From Nitrospirota bacterium (lineage in GTDB: Bacteria > Nitrospirota > Thermodesulfovibrionia > Thermodesulfovibrionales > JdFR-86), in contig CAVRJY010000001.1 in the NCBI GenBank assembly GCA_963721805.1, positions 448,001 to 512,000 on the forward strand: a stretch of 64,000 nucleotides of DNA, read 5' to 3'. Each line of letters begins with the position of its first letter. The first letter of the stretch is position 1. The position numbers and the translations under genes are program-made. The notes under the pieces were generated by a model. It saw only the letters and a program-made list of their open reading frames with translations, had not been told where the DNA came from and did no database searches. Positions 22,033-32,636 of the stretch are shown here, in pieces.

Positions 22033-23106
22033 ATGGACAAAGAATACTGGATAAGCCTCGACGGGCTGCGGGCCGTCGCCGTAATGATTGTTTTGGCGGG
22101 ACATGCCGAACTGTCGTTTCCGCGCAGCGGAGGGGTCGGCGTGGACGTCTTCTTCGTCCTGAGCGGATTCCTTATCACTTCGATCCTGAGCGCCGAGGCG
22201 CAACGGTTCGGGCGCATCGGGCTGAGGAACTTTTATATCAGGCGGGCCCTGCGCCTCATGCCGTGCCTGCTGCTGACCTGCGGATTGTTCGCCCTTTGGT
22301 CCGTTATTATCGAGGGGCATTTCCCGGGGCAGGAGCTGGCGTATTCGCTCACGTATACCTCGAATTGGGCCAGGGCGCTTTACGATGCCAAACTCTCGGG
22401 CCTCACGCACACCTGGTCGCTCTCGGCCGAGGAGCAGTATTACCTGCTCTGGCCATGGGTGATCGTCGGCCTGGAGCGGCTCTACAGCAGGCCGCTTGCG
22501 AAGGGGGCGGCTCTTTTGAGCCTGGCCGCCGCGCTTGCATTGTACCGCTACGGCATGGTCGGCACGTACAGCGCTCCGAGGATATATTTCGGCCTCGACA
22601 CGCACATGGACGGGCTCGTGCTGGGCTCCGCGCTCAGCTATGGCGTCAGGGCGCTCGGCGGCGAGGTCTCGGGGTCCGGCAGCAGGCTGTTGGGCCGGGT
22701 CCTCGCACCCGCCTCGGTCGCCACGCTGCTTGCCATCATCTATTCGATCACGTGGAGGAGCCCGTGGATGGGCAGGGTCGGGTATGCCTTGGCCGCGGGC
22801 GCTTCGGCCCTGATCATCCTGGACCTTGTCGCGGGCCGCCACAGCATAATAAAAAAGCCCCTCTCCCTTAAACCCCTGGTGTTCATCGGAAAGATCTCAT
22901 ACGGCATCTATCTGATCCACTTCCCCGTCTATCACGCGATCGAGCATTTAATGCCGGACGCGAGGCCCCTTATCGGCCTTCCGCTGAAGGCCTCGCTCAG
23001 CATCGCCGCGGCCTCGCTGTCATACTTCCTGCTGGAGAGGAGGTTTCTGAGCCTGAAGGGGAGGTTCCGGGCCGGCGGCCCGCAGAGCGTCAGCACCCCG
23101 GATTGA
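22033..23106 (+). CDS. Acyltransferase-3 family (OafA-like) membrane O-acyltransferase
   Basis: LDGLRAVA, GVDVFFVLSGFLI, FYIRRALR, HTWSLSAEEQYY, GKISYGIYLIH. Confidence 0.93.
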   Translation: MDKEYWISLDGLRAVAVMIVLAGHAELSFPRSGGVGVDVFFVLSGFLITSILSAEAQRFGRIGLRNFYIRRALRLMPCLLLTCGLFALWSVIIEGHFPGQELAYSLTYTSNWARALYDAKLSGLTHTWSLSAEEQYYLLWPWVIVGLERLYSRPLAKGAALLSLAAALALYRYGMVGTYSAPRIYFGLDTHMDGLVLGSALSYGVRALGGEVSGSGSRLLGRVLAPASVATLLAIIYSITWRSPWMGRVGYALAAGASALIILDLVAGRHSIIKKPLSLKPLVFIGKISYGIYLIHFPVYHAIEHLMPDARPLIGLPLKASLSIAAASLSYFLLERRFLSLKGRFRAGGPQSVSTPD

Positions 23107-23520
23107 TCACTCCGCCTCGACCCTGGAGCGCATGGTTTTTTTCTCGGCGGTGCGGTGTTTGGCCTCGAGGACCTTCTCCTTGGCGCGCTTCGAGCGCTTG
23201 CGCTTCTGGCGGCGGAGCTTCTCGATCTTCTGCTGCTGCTCGGACGCCGCGCCGCGCAGGAGCGTGTCGAGCTTCTTTATCAGGATCTGGCGGGCGTGGT
23301 AGCGGTTCAGGGCCTGTGTGCGCGTGAGCTGGCACTTGACCTCGAGCCCGGTCGGGATGTGGCGCAACTGCACGCAGGTCGAGACCTTGTTGACGTTCTG
23401 GCCACCGTGGCCGCCGGAGCGTATGAAGGTCTCCTCGATGTCCTCGTCGCGGATGCCGAGTTCGGCCATGCGCGCAAGCAGCGCGGCCTCTTTCTCGGCG
23501 CTTACGGGGAACAGGCCCAT
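23107..23520 (-). CDS. Peptidyl-tRNA hydrolase, RF-1 domain (ArfB-like ribosome rescue factor)
   Basis: [16 protein letters not shown] motif and basic C-terminal tail. Confidence 0.88.
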   Translation of the reverse strand: MGLFPVSAEKEAALLARMAELGIRDEDIEETFIRSGGHGGQNVNKVSTCVQLRHIPTGLEVKCQLTRTQALNRYHARQILIKKLDTLLRGAASEQQQKIEKLRRQKRKRSKRAKEKVLEAKHRTAEKKTMRSRVEAE

Positions 23521-23523
23521 GAC

Positions 23524-24018
23524 CTAGAGCTTGTTTAGGGCGCGCTCGAGCATGCGCTGTTTCTTGGATGCCTTGTGCGGGTTGCCCTTGCGCGGGGAAT
23601 CGTAATCGTCATCGTCGCCGTCCTCCTCCGAGCCGCCCCCCGCCATAGCGGAGTGCATCCTGCGGTCGAACGTCTCGCTGTCTATCGCGACCGCGCCCTG
23701 GCCCCATGCGTGGGCCTGCACCTCGCGGTCCGAGGTGATGACTATCGGGGGCTCTCCGGCACGGGGGGCAGAGACGATGCGCTTGATGACCTCGTCCGCG
23801 CGCTCGCCAAGGGGTGAATAGATGATGACCACACCGCCCTTGACCTCGCGGTGCTCAGGGCCCATGCCTTCGCGCCAGCCGTCGAAGACGACCGTCACGT
23901 CGTGGCCCTTGAGCTTTCGGTACTCGATCAGTTCAGAGATCAGGCGTTCGCGCGCGGCCGCGATGTCGCGGTGCTGGGTGCCGATCAGGTTATAGCCGTC
24001 TATGAGTATAGACGCCAT
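23524..24018 (-). CDS. NYN domain protein (YacP/Rae1-like)
   Basis: ILIDGYNL, VVFDG, ADEVI, VITSDRE. Confidence 0.85.
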   Translation of the reverse strand: MASILIDGYNLIGTQHRDIAAARERLISELIEYRKLKGHDVTVVFDGWREGMGPEHREVKGGVVIIYSPLGERADEVIKRIVSAPRAGEPPIVITSDREVQAHAWGQGAVAIDSETFDRRMHSAMAGGGSEEDGDDDDYDSPRKGNPHKASKKQRMLERALNKL

Positions 24019-24030
24019 AGCTGCTGTGGG

Positions 24031-24642
24031 TTAGTCTTCTTGCGGTTCTGCGTCTTCGGATTCCGGCGGCTCGAAGTCTCCGGACATTTCCATCAGCATC
24101 TCGGCCGTGGTCTTTGAGTACCTGCCGCCACCGGCGCCGATGCGCATGCGGCATTCCATCTCGAGCTTCGCCATCTCGGGGTAGAACAGGCCGCGCTCCA
24201 GCCTGATGTCGGGCTCGGGGTGCAGGGCCGTAAAGCGCGCGCAGCCCTCGCCGAGCTGCTCGCCCTCTCTGGATGGGGCCTGAAACGGCATCCCGTGCAG
24301 GCGGCAGGTCATCGGACGGTGCTCGTAGAGCATGCAATCGCCGCCCTCGTTTACGGGGCACATCAGAGGCAGGAGTTCACCGGCCTCCAGTTCCTTCATG
24401 TACGCGCTGACGACCATGTTTGCGCGGCCGAAGATGCGCTCGCGGAGCTGGGGGTCGGCGTGGGTCATGCCCTCTTTGAGCATCATGTATTCGATGTGCG
24501 TGTAGTGGAAGAACCTCTGCACGCAGCAGTTATCCTTGCAGCCCTCGCAGCTGAAGCCGTAGTGGGCCGCAACCGCGTCGTAGGCCTTCTCCATCGCGTC
24601 GTACAGCCCGTGAGCCTTCTCTATCAGGTCCTCGTCAGCCAT
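24031..24642 (-). CDS. Cys-cluster protein (YkgJ/flagellin N-methylase-like)
   Basis: FSCEGCKDNCC, CPVN..C..YEHRPMTCR. Confidence 0.75.
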   Translation of the reverse strand: MADEDLIEKAHGLYDAMEKAYDAVAAHYGFSCEGCKDNCCVQRFFHYTHIEYMMLKEGMTHADPQLRERIFGRANMVVSAYMKELEAGELLPLMCPVNEGGDCMLYEHRPMTCRLHGMPFQAPSREGEQLGEGCARFTALHPEPDIRLERGLFYPEMAKLEMECRMRIGAGGGRYSKTTAEMLMEMSGDFEPPESEDAEPQED

Positions 24643-24645
24643 GTG

Positions 24646-25038
24646 TTACCTGCACCTTCCTGTGCGCCTGCCCTCGATGCGCTGGTTGATCCTGTCGGGC
24701 CTGGAATTAGCGTCCATCACGCTGAGCGTCATCTCGCCGTTTACGGCCTCGCCATCGTATACGAGCATGCCCTTGCTCTCGACCCCGTCACGGCACCGCT
24801 CGGCCCATCTGACCGTATCGCCCGAGACGACCTTGTACGTCACCGAGCACTTCGCGTCGTCGTCGATGCGGATGACGTCATGGCTGCACAGGCACTTTGA
24901 GACCTTAATCACGTGGCTGCCCGCGCCCTCGCCGGTCATCGTCATCGTAAGATCCCATATGCCGGAGCCTGCCGAGGCGGGGCCCGGGGCGGCCATGGCC
25001 GAAAACGAAAGCGCGGCTGCCAGGGCCAGGGTCTTCAC
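24646..25038 (-). CDS. Secreted hypothetical protein (DUF3617-like)
   Basis: Signal peptide, G.W...M.M pattern, C-terminal GRRTGRC. Confidence 0.55.
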   Translation of the reverse strand: MKTLALAAALSFSAMAAPGPASAGSGIWDLTMTMTGEGAGSHVIKVSKCLCSHDVIRIDDDAKCSVTYKVVSGDTVRWAERCRDGVESKGMLVYDGEAVNGEMTLSVMDANSRPDRINQRIEGRRTGRCR

Positions 25039-25041
25039 GGG

Positions 25042-27347
25042 CTACGTTGCCTGTTCCTTGACGACTTCCTTGTGGCCGCACTCCTTGTCGAGGCATGCCT
25101 TGACGTATCGCCGGCCTTGTTGCGCGTGACGCTCATCAGCGGGGCCTTGCACTTGGGGCAGGGCTCCGCTATGGGGCGGCTCCATGTCGCGAAATCGCAC
25201 TTGGGGTAATTCGAGCAGCTCCAGAAGGGTTTTCCCTTTTTCGTCCGGCGCTCGATCAGGTCCCCGCCGTCTTTAGGGCACTTGACCCCGGTCGGGATCG
25301 GGCGCGTCCCCTTGCAGTCGGGGTATTTCGTGCAGGCCAGAAACCTGCCGAACCTCCCGGTCTTTATCACCATCGGCGCGCCGCACTTGTCGCAGACCTC
25401 GTCCGTGGGGACGTCGGCCTGCTGGGGCTTGTCGCCCTCGAGCGGGCGCGAGTTCTTGCAGTCGGGATAGCCTGAGCAGGCCAGGAAGCGTCCATGACGC
25501 CCCCAGCGGATGACCATCGGCTTTCCGCACTTCTCGCAGACCTCCTCGGTCGCGATGTCCTCGGGCTTGACCTTGCCGGTGGCCTCGGCGGCCTCGGTCA
25601 GGTCCTTCTTAAACGGGGCGTAGAACTCGCCGACGACCCCGACCCACTCGGCCTTCCCCTCCTCGATCCCGTCGAGCTGGTCTTCCATCTTGGCGGTAAA
25701 TCCCATATCGAGGAGCTCGGGGAACTTCTCGACGAGGTAGTCGTTCACGATCATCCCAAGCTCGGTCGGCGAGAACTTTCCTTCCAGCTTCTGGGCGTAT
25801 TTGCGGTCGGCGATGGTTGAAAGTATTGCGGCGTACGTGCTCGGCCGGCCGATGCCCTTGTCCTCGAGCGTCTTTATAAGCGTGGCCTCGGTGTAGCGCG
25901 GCGGGGGCGTGGTAAAGCTCTGCTTCGGATCGATAGACTTCATCGCGAGCGCGTCGCCCTCGTTAAGAGCGGGCAGCACTGCCTCCTCGGGCTCGGCCGG
26001 TTCGTCCTGCGGGGCGGCCTCTTCCTTCGTCTCCATGTAAAGGGCCATGAAGCCCGGAAACTTTACGACCGTGCCCGCGGCGCGCATCACTGACGGCGCT
26101 GCGGTGCCGCAGCCGATCTCAAACGTCGTCTGCTCGAGCTCGGCCGGCTTCATCTGGCTTGCCATAAAACGGTTCCAGATCAGGGTGTAGAGCTTCATCT
26201 GGTCTCTGGAGAGGTATGGCTTTACGGACTTCGGGTCGTATGCCATATCCGTCGGGCGGATGGCCTCGTGGCCCTCCTGAGCGGACGCCTTGCTCTTGTA
26301 TATCGGCGGGGCCTCGGGGACGTAGTCCGGCCCGAAGGTCTTCGCTATGACCTCGCGCGCCCATTCCTGCGCCTCGGTAGATACGCGCACCGAGTCGGTT
26401 CGCATGTAGGTGATGAGGCCGTGCGAGCCCTCCGCGCCTAGCTCGACGCCCTCGTAGAGCTCCTGCGCGAGCGACATGATCCTGCGCGCCGCGAAGCTGA
26501 GCTTTCTGGAGGCCTCCTGCTGGAGCGTGCTGGTTATAAACGGGGGCATCGGCGAGCGGCGGCGCTTCTGGCGCTCGATCTTGCTAAGCGTAAAATTGCC
26601 TGCGGTGATCTCGTCCGTGATGCGGCGCGCGGTGGCCTCGTCGCGGATCAGGAAGGTGCGCGACTCGCCGCCCTCCTCGCGCTTGATTACCGGGACGCCG
26701 CCGTAGCTGTGCAGCTTGGCGCTGAACTCAGGGGCCTTCGGACCGAGCAGCCTCGCGGTGATCGACCAGTACTCTTCGGTATTGAACGCCTGTATCTCAC
26801 GCTCGCGGTCGACCACGAGCCGGACCGCGACCGACTGGACGCGCCCGGCACTCAGGCCGCGGCGCACCTTGCGCCACAGAAGCGGGCTAAGGTTATACCC
26901 CACGAGGCGGTCGAGTATGCGGCGCGCCTGCTGGGCGTTTACGCGGTTTATGTCGACCTCGCGGGGATGCTCCATCGCGGCGCGGACGACCTTCGGCGTG
27001 ATCTCGTTGAAGGTCACGCGGGAGATCTTGCCCTCGATGCCCTTGGTCCCGGATATCTGCGTGGCTATGTGAAACGCTATCGCCTCGCCTTCGCGGTCAG
27101 GGTCGGTTGCGAGGTATACGTGGTCGGCCGACTTCGCGGCGGACTTCAGTTCGCGTATGACCTTGTCCTTGGCCGGGATCACTATGTACTCGGGCTTGAA
27201 GCCGTTTTCCACGTCCACGCCGATGGATTTTTCGGGGAGGTCCATGACATGGCCGACCGAGGCCAGGACCTTGAAGTCCTTGCCCAGGATCTTGTTGATC
27301 GTCTTGGCCTTGGCCGGGGATTCTACGATTACGAGTGAAGAGCCCAT
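25042..27347 (-). CDS. topA: DNA topoisomerase I (type IA); frameshift near 25105 in the last Zn ribbon
   Basis: LVIVESPAKAKTI, ATDPDREGEAI, SAGRVQS, ITYMRTDS, Zn ribbons; the shifted frame gives VKACLDKECGHKE..-TAG. Confidence 0.97.
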
Positions 27348-27382
27348 AAGTGTATTTTTAGAACTCCTTTTTTACTTGATCT

Positions 27383-27556
27383 TCAATGCCAGACTATCCG
27401 GCGGCCCGAGGAAAACACCAGCGAGTAGACGAACTCGGCGTCGAGCTCGGTGGTGTCGATCAGCATCGAGGCCAGGGCCGAACGGAAACCGTCCAGCTCC
27501 TCCGGGTCCATGTAGTCTTCGATGTTATATGAGACCTTGTCAAAGCCGCGGGCCAT
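27383..27556 (-). CDS. 57-aa acidic protein between dprA and topA (smg position)
   Basis: MARGFDKVSYNIEDYMDPEELDGFRSALASMLIDTTELDAEFVYSLVFSSGRRIVWH; AAGGGGGG RBS; below the ORF-track cutoff. Confidence 0.65.
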   Translation of the reverse strand: MARGFDKVSYNIEDYMDPEELDGFRSALASMLIDTTELDAEFVYSLVFSSGRRIVWH

Positions 27557-27568
27557 ACCGAGCCCCCC

Positions 27569-28672
27569 TTATGTCAGGTAAAACATCTTGCCCGGCATCT
27601 GCCGAACCGCGCCCTTAAGCTCCAGAGACAGAAGCAGCCCAAGCGCCCTTGCCGGCTCAAGCCCCGCACCCCGCGATATATCGTCTATGTGCTTGGGCTC
27701 GCGGGACATCGCTTTACAGAGGCCGTCCTCGTCTTCGGAGAGTGATATATTACACGTTCTGTCGGATTTTATAAAACCCCGGAGCACTGGGGCCAGCTCG
27801 AATAGTATGTCCTCGGCCTTCCCGGCCGGGTGCGCCCCGTCCTTTATAAGCAGGTTCGTACCCCCGGATGTGGGTGAAATCACGCTTCCGGGCACCGCGA
27901 ATACCTCCTTGCCCTGCTCTAGCGCGAACCGCGCGGTGATCAGCGCCCCGCTGCGCTCGGCTGCCTCGACAACCAGCACCCCAAGCGAGAGCGCGCTGAT
28001 GATCCGGTTGCGCCGGGGGAAGTTCTCCTTTAAAGGGGGCATCCCCGGCGGGAACTCGCTTACGACCGCGCCGTCGGCCTTGGCCATGCGCTCGATCAGC
28101 CCCCGGTTCTCGGCAGGGTACGCGACGTCTATGCCGCATCCGAGCACGCCGACCGTGCGGCCCCCGACCACTATAGCGGCCTTGTGGGAGACGGTGTCGA
28201 TCCCGCGCGCCAGGCCGCTTATCACGGTTATCCCGGCGCGGCCGAGGTCGCGAGCTATCGAGTCCGCGACCTGCAGCCCGTAATTGGAACAATTGCGCGA
28301 GCCGACGACCGCGATTGAGTACTTGTCTTCGGGGATCAGCGAGCCCTTGATATAGAGCACGAGCGGGGCGTCAGGCCCGAGGGCCAGCCTGAGCGCCTCG
28401 GGGTAGCCCTCATCTTCGTGGCTGATCAGCGCGACGCCGCTTTTAAGCAGCGCGTCTATCTTTCTCTTGAGCTCGTCCGCGCCGTTGAAGGCCGCGATGA
28501 ACTCGGCGCGGCGCTCAGATACGCCTTCGATGCCCGCAAGCTGCCGCGCATCGGCCCGAAGCACGGCCTTTGGATCGCCGCCGAACGCGCTAAGCAGCCT
28601 CCGGATCGTCACCGGCCCCACGGAGGCCACCGCCCCCAGCGCCGCAAGCTCAAACGTGCGCTCGGCGAGCAT
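27569..28672 (-). CDS. dprA: DNA processing protein DprA
   Basis: IAVVGSR, ISGLARGIDT, SEFPPG, FPRRNRIISAL, SGALITA, VFAVPG. Confidence 0.96.
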   Translation of the reverse strand: MLAERTFELAALGAVASVGPVTIRRLLSAFGGDPKAVLRADARQLAGIEGVSERRAEFIAAFNGADELKRKIDALLKSGVALISHEDEGYPEALRLALGPDAPLVLYIKGSLIPEDKYSIAVVGSRNCSNYGLQVADSIARDLGRAGITVISGLARGIDTVSHKAAIVVGGRTVGVLGCGIDVAYPAENRGLIERMAKADGAVVSEFPPGMPPLKENFPRRNRIISALSLGVLVVEAAERSGALITARFALEQGKEVFAVPGSVISPTSGGTNLLIKDGAHPAGKAEDILFELAPVLRGFIKSDRTCNISLSEDEDGLCKAMSREPKHIDDISRGAGLEPARALGLLLSLELKGAVRQMPGKMFYLT

Positions 28673-28680
28673 AACCGGGG

Positions 28681-29886
28681 CTACTTCGCCCCTTTTCCCT
28701 TACCCTTGCTCAGGCTGCGTATGCGAAGCCTGAGCGAGTTTAGGCGTATAAAGCCCTCGGCATCGGCCTGCTTATAGACCGAATCCTTCTCGAAGGTCGC
28801 GAAACCGCTGTGATAGAGCGTGACCGGAGACTTCCTCCCGACCACGCTCAGGCCGCCCTTATATAGCTTGAGCCTGGCGGTTCCGGTGACGCCTTCCTGT
28901 ATCTTGTCCATCATCGTCTGAAGCGCCTCGCGCTCGGGCGCGAACCAGTAGCCGTAGTAGACCATCTCGGCGTAGCGGGGGATCAGGGAGTCGCGCAGGT
29001 GCAGCGTCTCACGGTCCAGCGTGATCGACTCCACCGCGCGGTGCGCCGCGTGCAGCACCGTCCCTCCGGGCGTCTCGTATACCCCGCGCGACTTCATCCC
29101 GACATACCGGTTTTCGACCATGTCGAGCCGCCCGACGCCGTTTCTGCCCGCGATGCCGTTGAGCGCGGCCAATAATTTAGCTGGTGATAGCTTCTTGCCG
29201 TTTACGCTAACGGGATTTCCCTTCTCGTAGCCGATCTCGAGGTACTCGGGCTTGTTGGGGGCCTTCTCGGGCGCGACCATCAGGGTGTACATATCCGCCG
29301 GGGGCTCGGCCCACGGGTCTTCGAGTATGCCGCCCTCGTAGCTTAGGTGAAACAGGTTCATGTCCGTGGAATAAGGCTTTTTCTTCGTGACCGGCACCGC
29401 GATGCCGTGCTTCTTGGCGTAATCTATAAGCGACTCGCGGGAGTTCAGGTCCCATTCGCGCCACGGCGCGATCACCTTAATGCCCGGCTCTAGCGCGTAA
29501 TATGTGAGCTCAAACCGCACCTGATCGTTGCCCTTGCCGGTCGCGCCGTGCGAGACAGCGTCCGCGCCGACGGCGCGCGCGATCTCGATCTGGCGCTTCG
29601 CGATCAGGGGGCGGGCTATAGAGGTGCCCATCAGGTATCCGCCCTCGTATACCGCGTTGGCGCGGAGCATCGGGAATACGTACTCCGAGACGAACTCCTC
29701 TGTTATGTCCTCGACGACCGCCTTTGTGCAGCCCATCCTGAGGGCCTTGGCCTTGATCGCGGCGAGGTTTTCCTTCTGGCCCAGGTCGGCGCAGAACGCG
29801 ACGATCTCGGCGTTGTAGACTTCCTGGAGCCACCTTAATATCACGGACGTATCCAAGCCACCTGAATAGGCAAGCACTACCTTCAT
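28681..29886 (-). CDS. argG: Argininosuccinate synthase
   Basis: [41 protein letters not shown]. Confidence 0.98.
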   Translation of the reverse strand: MKVVLAYSGGLDTSVILRWLQEVYNAEIVAFCADLGQKENLAAIKAKALRMGCTKAVVEDITEEFVSEYVFPMLRANAVYEGGYLMGTSIARPLIAKRQIEIARAVGADAVSHGATGKGNDQVRFELTYYALEPGIKVIAPWREWDLNSRESLIDYAKKHGIAVPVTKKKPYSTDMNLFHLSYEGGILEDPWAEPPADMYTLMVAPEKAPNKPEYLEIGYEKGNPVSVNGKKLSPAKLLAALNGIAGRNGVGRLDMVENRYVGMKSRGVYETPGGTVLHAAHRAVESITLDRETLHLRDSLIPRYAEMVYYGYWFAPEREALQTMMDKIQEGVTGTARLKLYKGGLSVVGRKSPVTLYHSGFATFEKDSVYKQADAEGFIRLNSLRLRIRSLSKGKGKGAK

Positions 29887-29972
29887 ATGAATATTCTCCT
29901 TACAGTTTAGGCTGTGCGCATAAACTGAAACATATCACGCGCACCGCCCAACAATCAAGGGGTGGCCGCTTT

Positions 29973-30040
29973 TTCAAAGCGAGCCAAATCGCTTGATACG
30001 TCGTTGGGCTTCAATTTTACCAAGCGGGACTCGCCCTCTA
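29973..30040 (-). repeat. Family A copy A6 (truncated)
   Basis: TTCAAAGCGAGCCAAATCGCTTGATACGTCGTTGGGCTTCAA...GACTCGCCCTCTA. Confidence 0.85.
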
Positions 30041-30080
30041 ATCACGTCTCGTTTGCGTGAGGGTTTGCCCCTTCATTGGC

Positions 30081-30114
30081 CATAGTTAATCCAAAGTTAG
30101 TAGAAAACGCACGC
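30081..30114 (+). repeat. Family C core motif fragment
   Basis: ATAGTTAATCCAAAGTTAGTAGAAAACGCACGC matches 31928-31960. Confidence 0.8.
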
Positions 30115-30222
30115 CCCTTAACTTGCAATAGCGGTCAGCATATTACTATGATGGTAAATTAAAACGCTCTGTGCTTCAATGCAAAAGATTATCAGGTCTC
30201 GGAAGGCGCGGTGAAGTTAATC

Positions 30223-31083
30223 ATGAAAAAAATCTTCATACTCGGAGTCGGCTGCCAAAAAGGCGGCACAACATGGTTGCATAATTATCTTTCAAAGCAC
30301 CCGAGCTCCAATATGGGGTTCACAAAAGAGTACCATATATTCGACGCCCTCTACCTGCCTGAGTATGAGCGTTACCGTCACAGGACAACCGAGTATGCCA
30401 GCGCACTCATAAGAAAGTCAGAAAAATCCCTGCGCAGGCGCTTGCTGGAAATCAGGCTCCGTAAATTATTCCAGAGCGATATCAACAGATATTTCGACTA
30501 TTTCGCTAAAAAAGTCAACTCGTCGGATGAATTTACTTTTACAGGGGATATCACGCCGGAATATGCCGGTCTGTCGTCGGAAGTTTATGGGATCATTAAA
30601 AACGGGGCCGAATCAAGAGGGTTTGACGTGAAGGCCGTATTTATAATGAGGGACCCGGTCGAGCGCTGCATATCAGCCATGAAAATGCGGAGAAAACAGA
30701 TGAGATTGGACCTGACGGATGATGAAAACGCCTCGCTTATCAAGGTGTATTCCACGAGAGATTTTCAGTATCTTACGCGGTACGAAAGGACAATGAATAA
30801 CTTGGAGAGCGTATTTCCCGCCAAAGACATTTACTATAATTTTTATGAGAATCTTTTTAACCCGTCAACCATGGAAGAGATTACGGATTTATTGTCAGTG
30901 CCTTTCGTGCAACCGAATTTCAATAAGCGCAAAAATGCGTCGAAAACCAGCTTTCAGATCGATGAAAGCATTCGAAAAAGAGTTTTTGACTTTTACGGCG
31001 ATACGTATGATTTCATGGCCGGCCGCTACGGGAAAGATTACATTTCAAGCATATGGCCAAACTACCGGAACCTCTCAACCTGA
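30223..31083 (+). CDS. Sulfotransferase family protein (AT-rich cargo)
   Basis: GVGCQKGGTTWL PAPS-binding loop, KEYHIFD, GDITPEY, MRDPVER. Confidence 0.85.
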   Translation: MKKIFILGVGCQKGGTTWLHNYLSKHPSSNMGFTKEYHIFDALYLPEYERYRHRTTEYASALIRKSEKSLRRRLLEIRLRKLFQSDINRYFDYFAKKVNSSDEFTFTGDITPEYAGLSSEVYGIIKNGAESRGFDVKAVFIMRDPVERCISAMKMRRKQMRLDLTDDENASLIKVYSTRDFQYLTRYERTMNNLESVFPAKDIYYNFYENLFNPSTMEEITDLLSVPFVQPNFNKRKNASKTSFQIDESIRKRVFDFYGDTYDFMAGRYGKDYISSIWPNYRNLST

Positions 31084-31122
31084 TTCTCATTCCCCGTCTG
31101 CTGCGCCGCGCCTAACCCCCGC

Positions 31123-31303
31123 AAAGCGTGCGAAATCGCTTGATGCTGCGTTTGGGCTTCAAAGACTCGCCCTCGAAGTACGTATCAGTACGTCGTCGGG
31201 CGTTCTTCTCGCCCTGCCTTGTCTGAAGACGATTTGGGCGCGCTTTCGGGGGGAGAGGATAACGGAAGCCCCCCGCGCCCCACAAGGTCAACGGCTTGAT
31301 TAG
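31123..31303 (-). repeat. Family A copy A7
   Basis: Full-length match to the A consensus ending GGTCAACGGCTTGATTAG. Confidence 0.93.
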
Positions 31304-31348
31304 AAAGGGCTACGCCGAATTAAATAGAACAGCCCCCCATTATTTAAG

Positions 31349-31783
31349 TTAGTAGCTTGGAGGCTTATCTGTACAAAAAACGGAAGGCGTTGCTTTAAAT
31401 ATATCTTTGACATCAATAGGCAGCGCAAGTGTAAAGGGCTGATGACTAAGATCCTTTGCGTAATTCTCAAGAACAGTATATGTATATACGCCGCCTTGCG
31501 TGTTCGCGATATCTAATATGACGCTTGAATTTACTATATCAACTTTAGCAGCATTTACGGCTCTTCCCCGACGAAAATCAAAAATCATGCTCTTTCTTCC
31601 GTTAAGGCTGAAAATTAATACCGCTTTGCCCGAAGCTGTTGCACATGCTGTATAAAAAACAGGCGTCTTGGTTTGTTGTAGCTCAGCAAGGTAATTATCA
31701 GCAACAATATTAAACACTTCATCCTGTCCAAGTGACACACCTGTTGCAAGAAACATGAACACCAAAGCTATGAGAGATTTCAT
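31349..31783 (-). CDS. Secreted hypothetical protein (AT-rich cargo)
   Basis: MKSLIALVFMFLATGVSLG signal peptide; low-GC codon usage. Confidence 0.65.
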   Translation of the reverse strand: MKSLIALVFMFLATGVSLGQDEVFNIVADNYLAELQQTKTPVFYTACATASGKAVLIFSLNGRKSMIFDFRRGRAVNAAKVDIVNSSVILDIANTQGGVYTYTVLENYAKDLSHQPFTLALPIDVKDIFKATPSVFCTDKPPSY

Positions 31784-31856
31784 AACAAAAGGTGACGGGT
31801 CTATTTTTCTATTGCCCTTTAAATGGCGCAAGCCAGTCATCATCCCATTGCGCATC

Positions 31857-32264
31857 ATGCTCCAAAGATACCACAACCGCATTGAGTATGCCAGAGAATT
31901 TAAAGCGAATGCCCCTATTTATTAACTATAGTTAGTCGAAAGTTAGTAGAAAACGCACGCCTACAAAATAATTTGCCAGATATAAACCAAAGTTTGGTGG
32001 TTCTTGGTGTATATTGATTTCATGAGCATTATATGCACATATTTTATAAGCGGGACGGCGAAGCGATCTGGTCTCGCCGCCTGTTCGGATAATGGGCCAA
32101 AAACCGCGCTTTTTATCCGAACATCCGAACATGAGACTCGCAAACAATTTAACGATTCCAATATGTTAGCCTCGTTTTTACGCCCGACATCCGAACAGAA
32201 TCGGCAAAAACGCGCGCGCATGCGCGCGGAATGCGTAACTATACCTAAGCGCGGACATCCGAAC
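31857..32264 (+). repeat. Family C arm attached to A8
   Basis: Reverse-complement similarity to 50897-51230 over most of its length and to both ends of 16329-16740. Confidence 0.88.
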
Positions 32265-32440
32265 ATGCCGTTGACCACGTGGGGCGCGGGGGGCCTCCTT
32301 CGTCCGTGCCCCCCGAAAGCGCGCCCAAATCGGCTTCAGACAAGGCAGGGCGAGAAGACCGCCCGATGGTGTACTGTGACGTACATAGAGGGCGAGTCTT
32401 CGCAGCCCAACGACGTATCAAGCGATTTGGAGCGCTTTCA
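32265..32440 (+). repeat. Family A copy A8
   Basis: ATGCCGTTGACC...CGATTTGGAGCGCTTTCA. Confidence 0.95.
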
Positions 32441-32636
32441 AATCCGTATGACTATGTCATTGAAGGAGGCTTGCGGTAATTATTATACTATTGACTATAT
32501 GAACGAACCCTGATCCATCTGCTAATTATAGCCGTGTGCTGTTCTGCAGCCTCCCCGTACTTGGGCGGCTGATTGCCGTTCAGAGATTTCCGACGCCACA
32601 GGTACCTACTCCCTCTGCGGTGACAGTAAAGCTACC

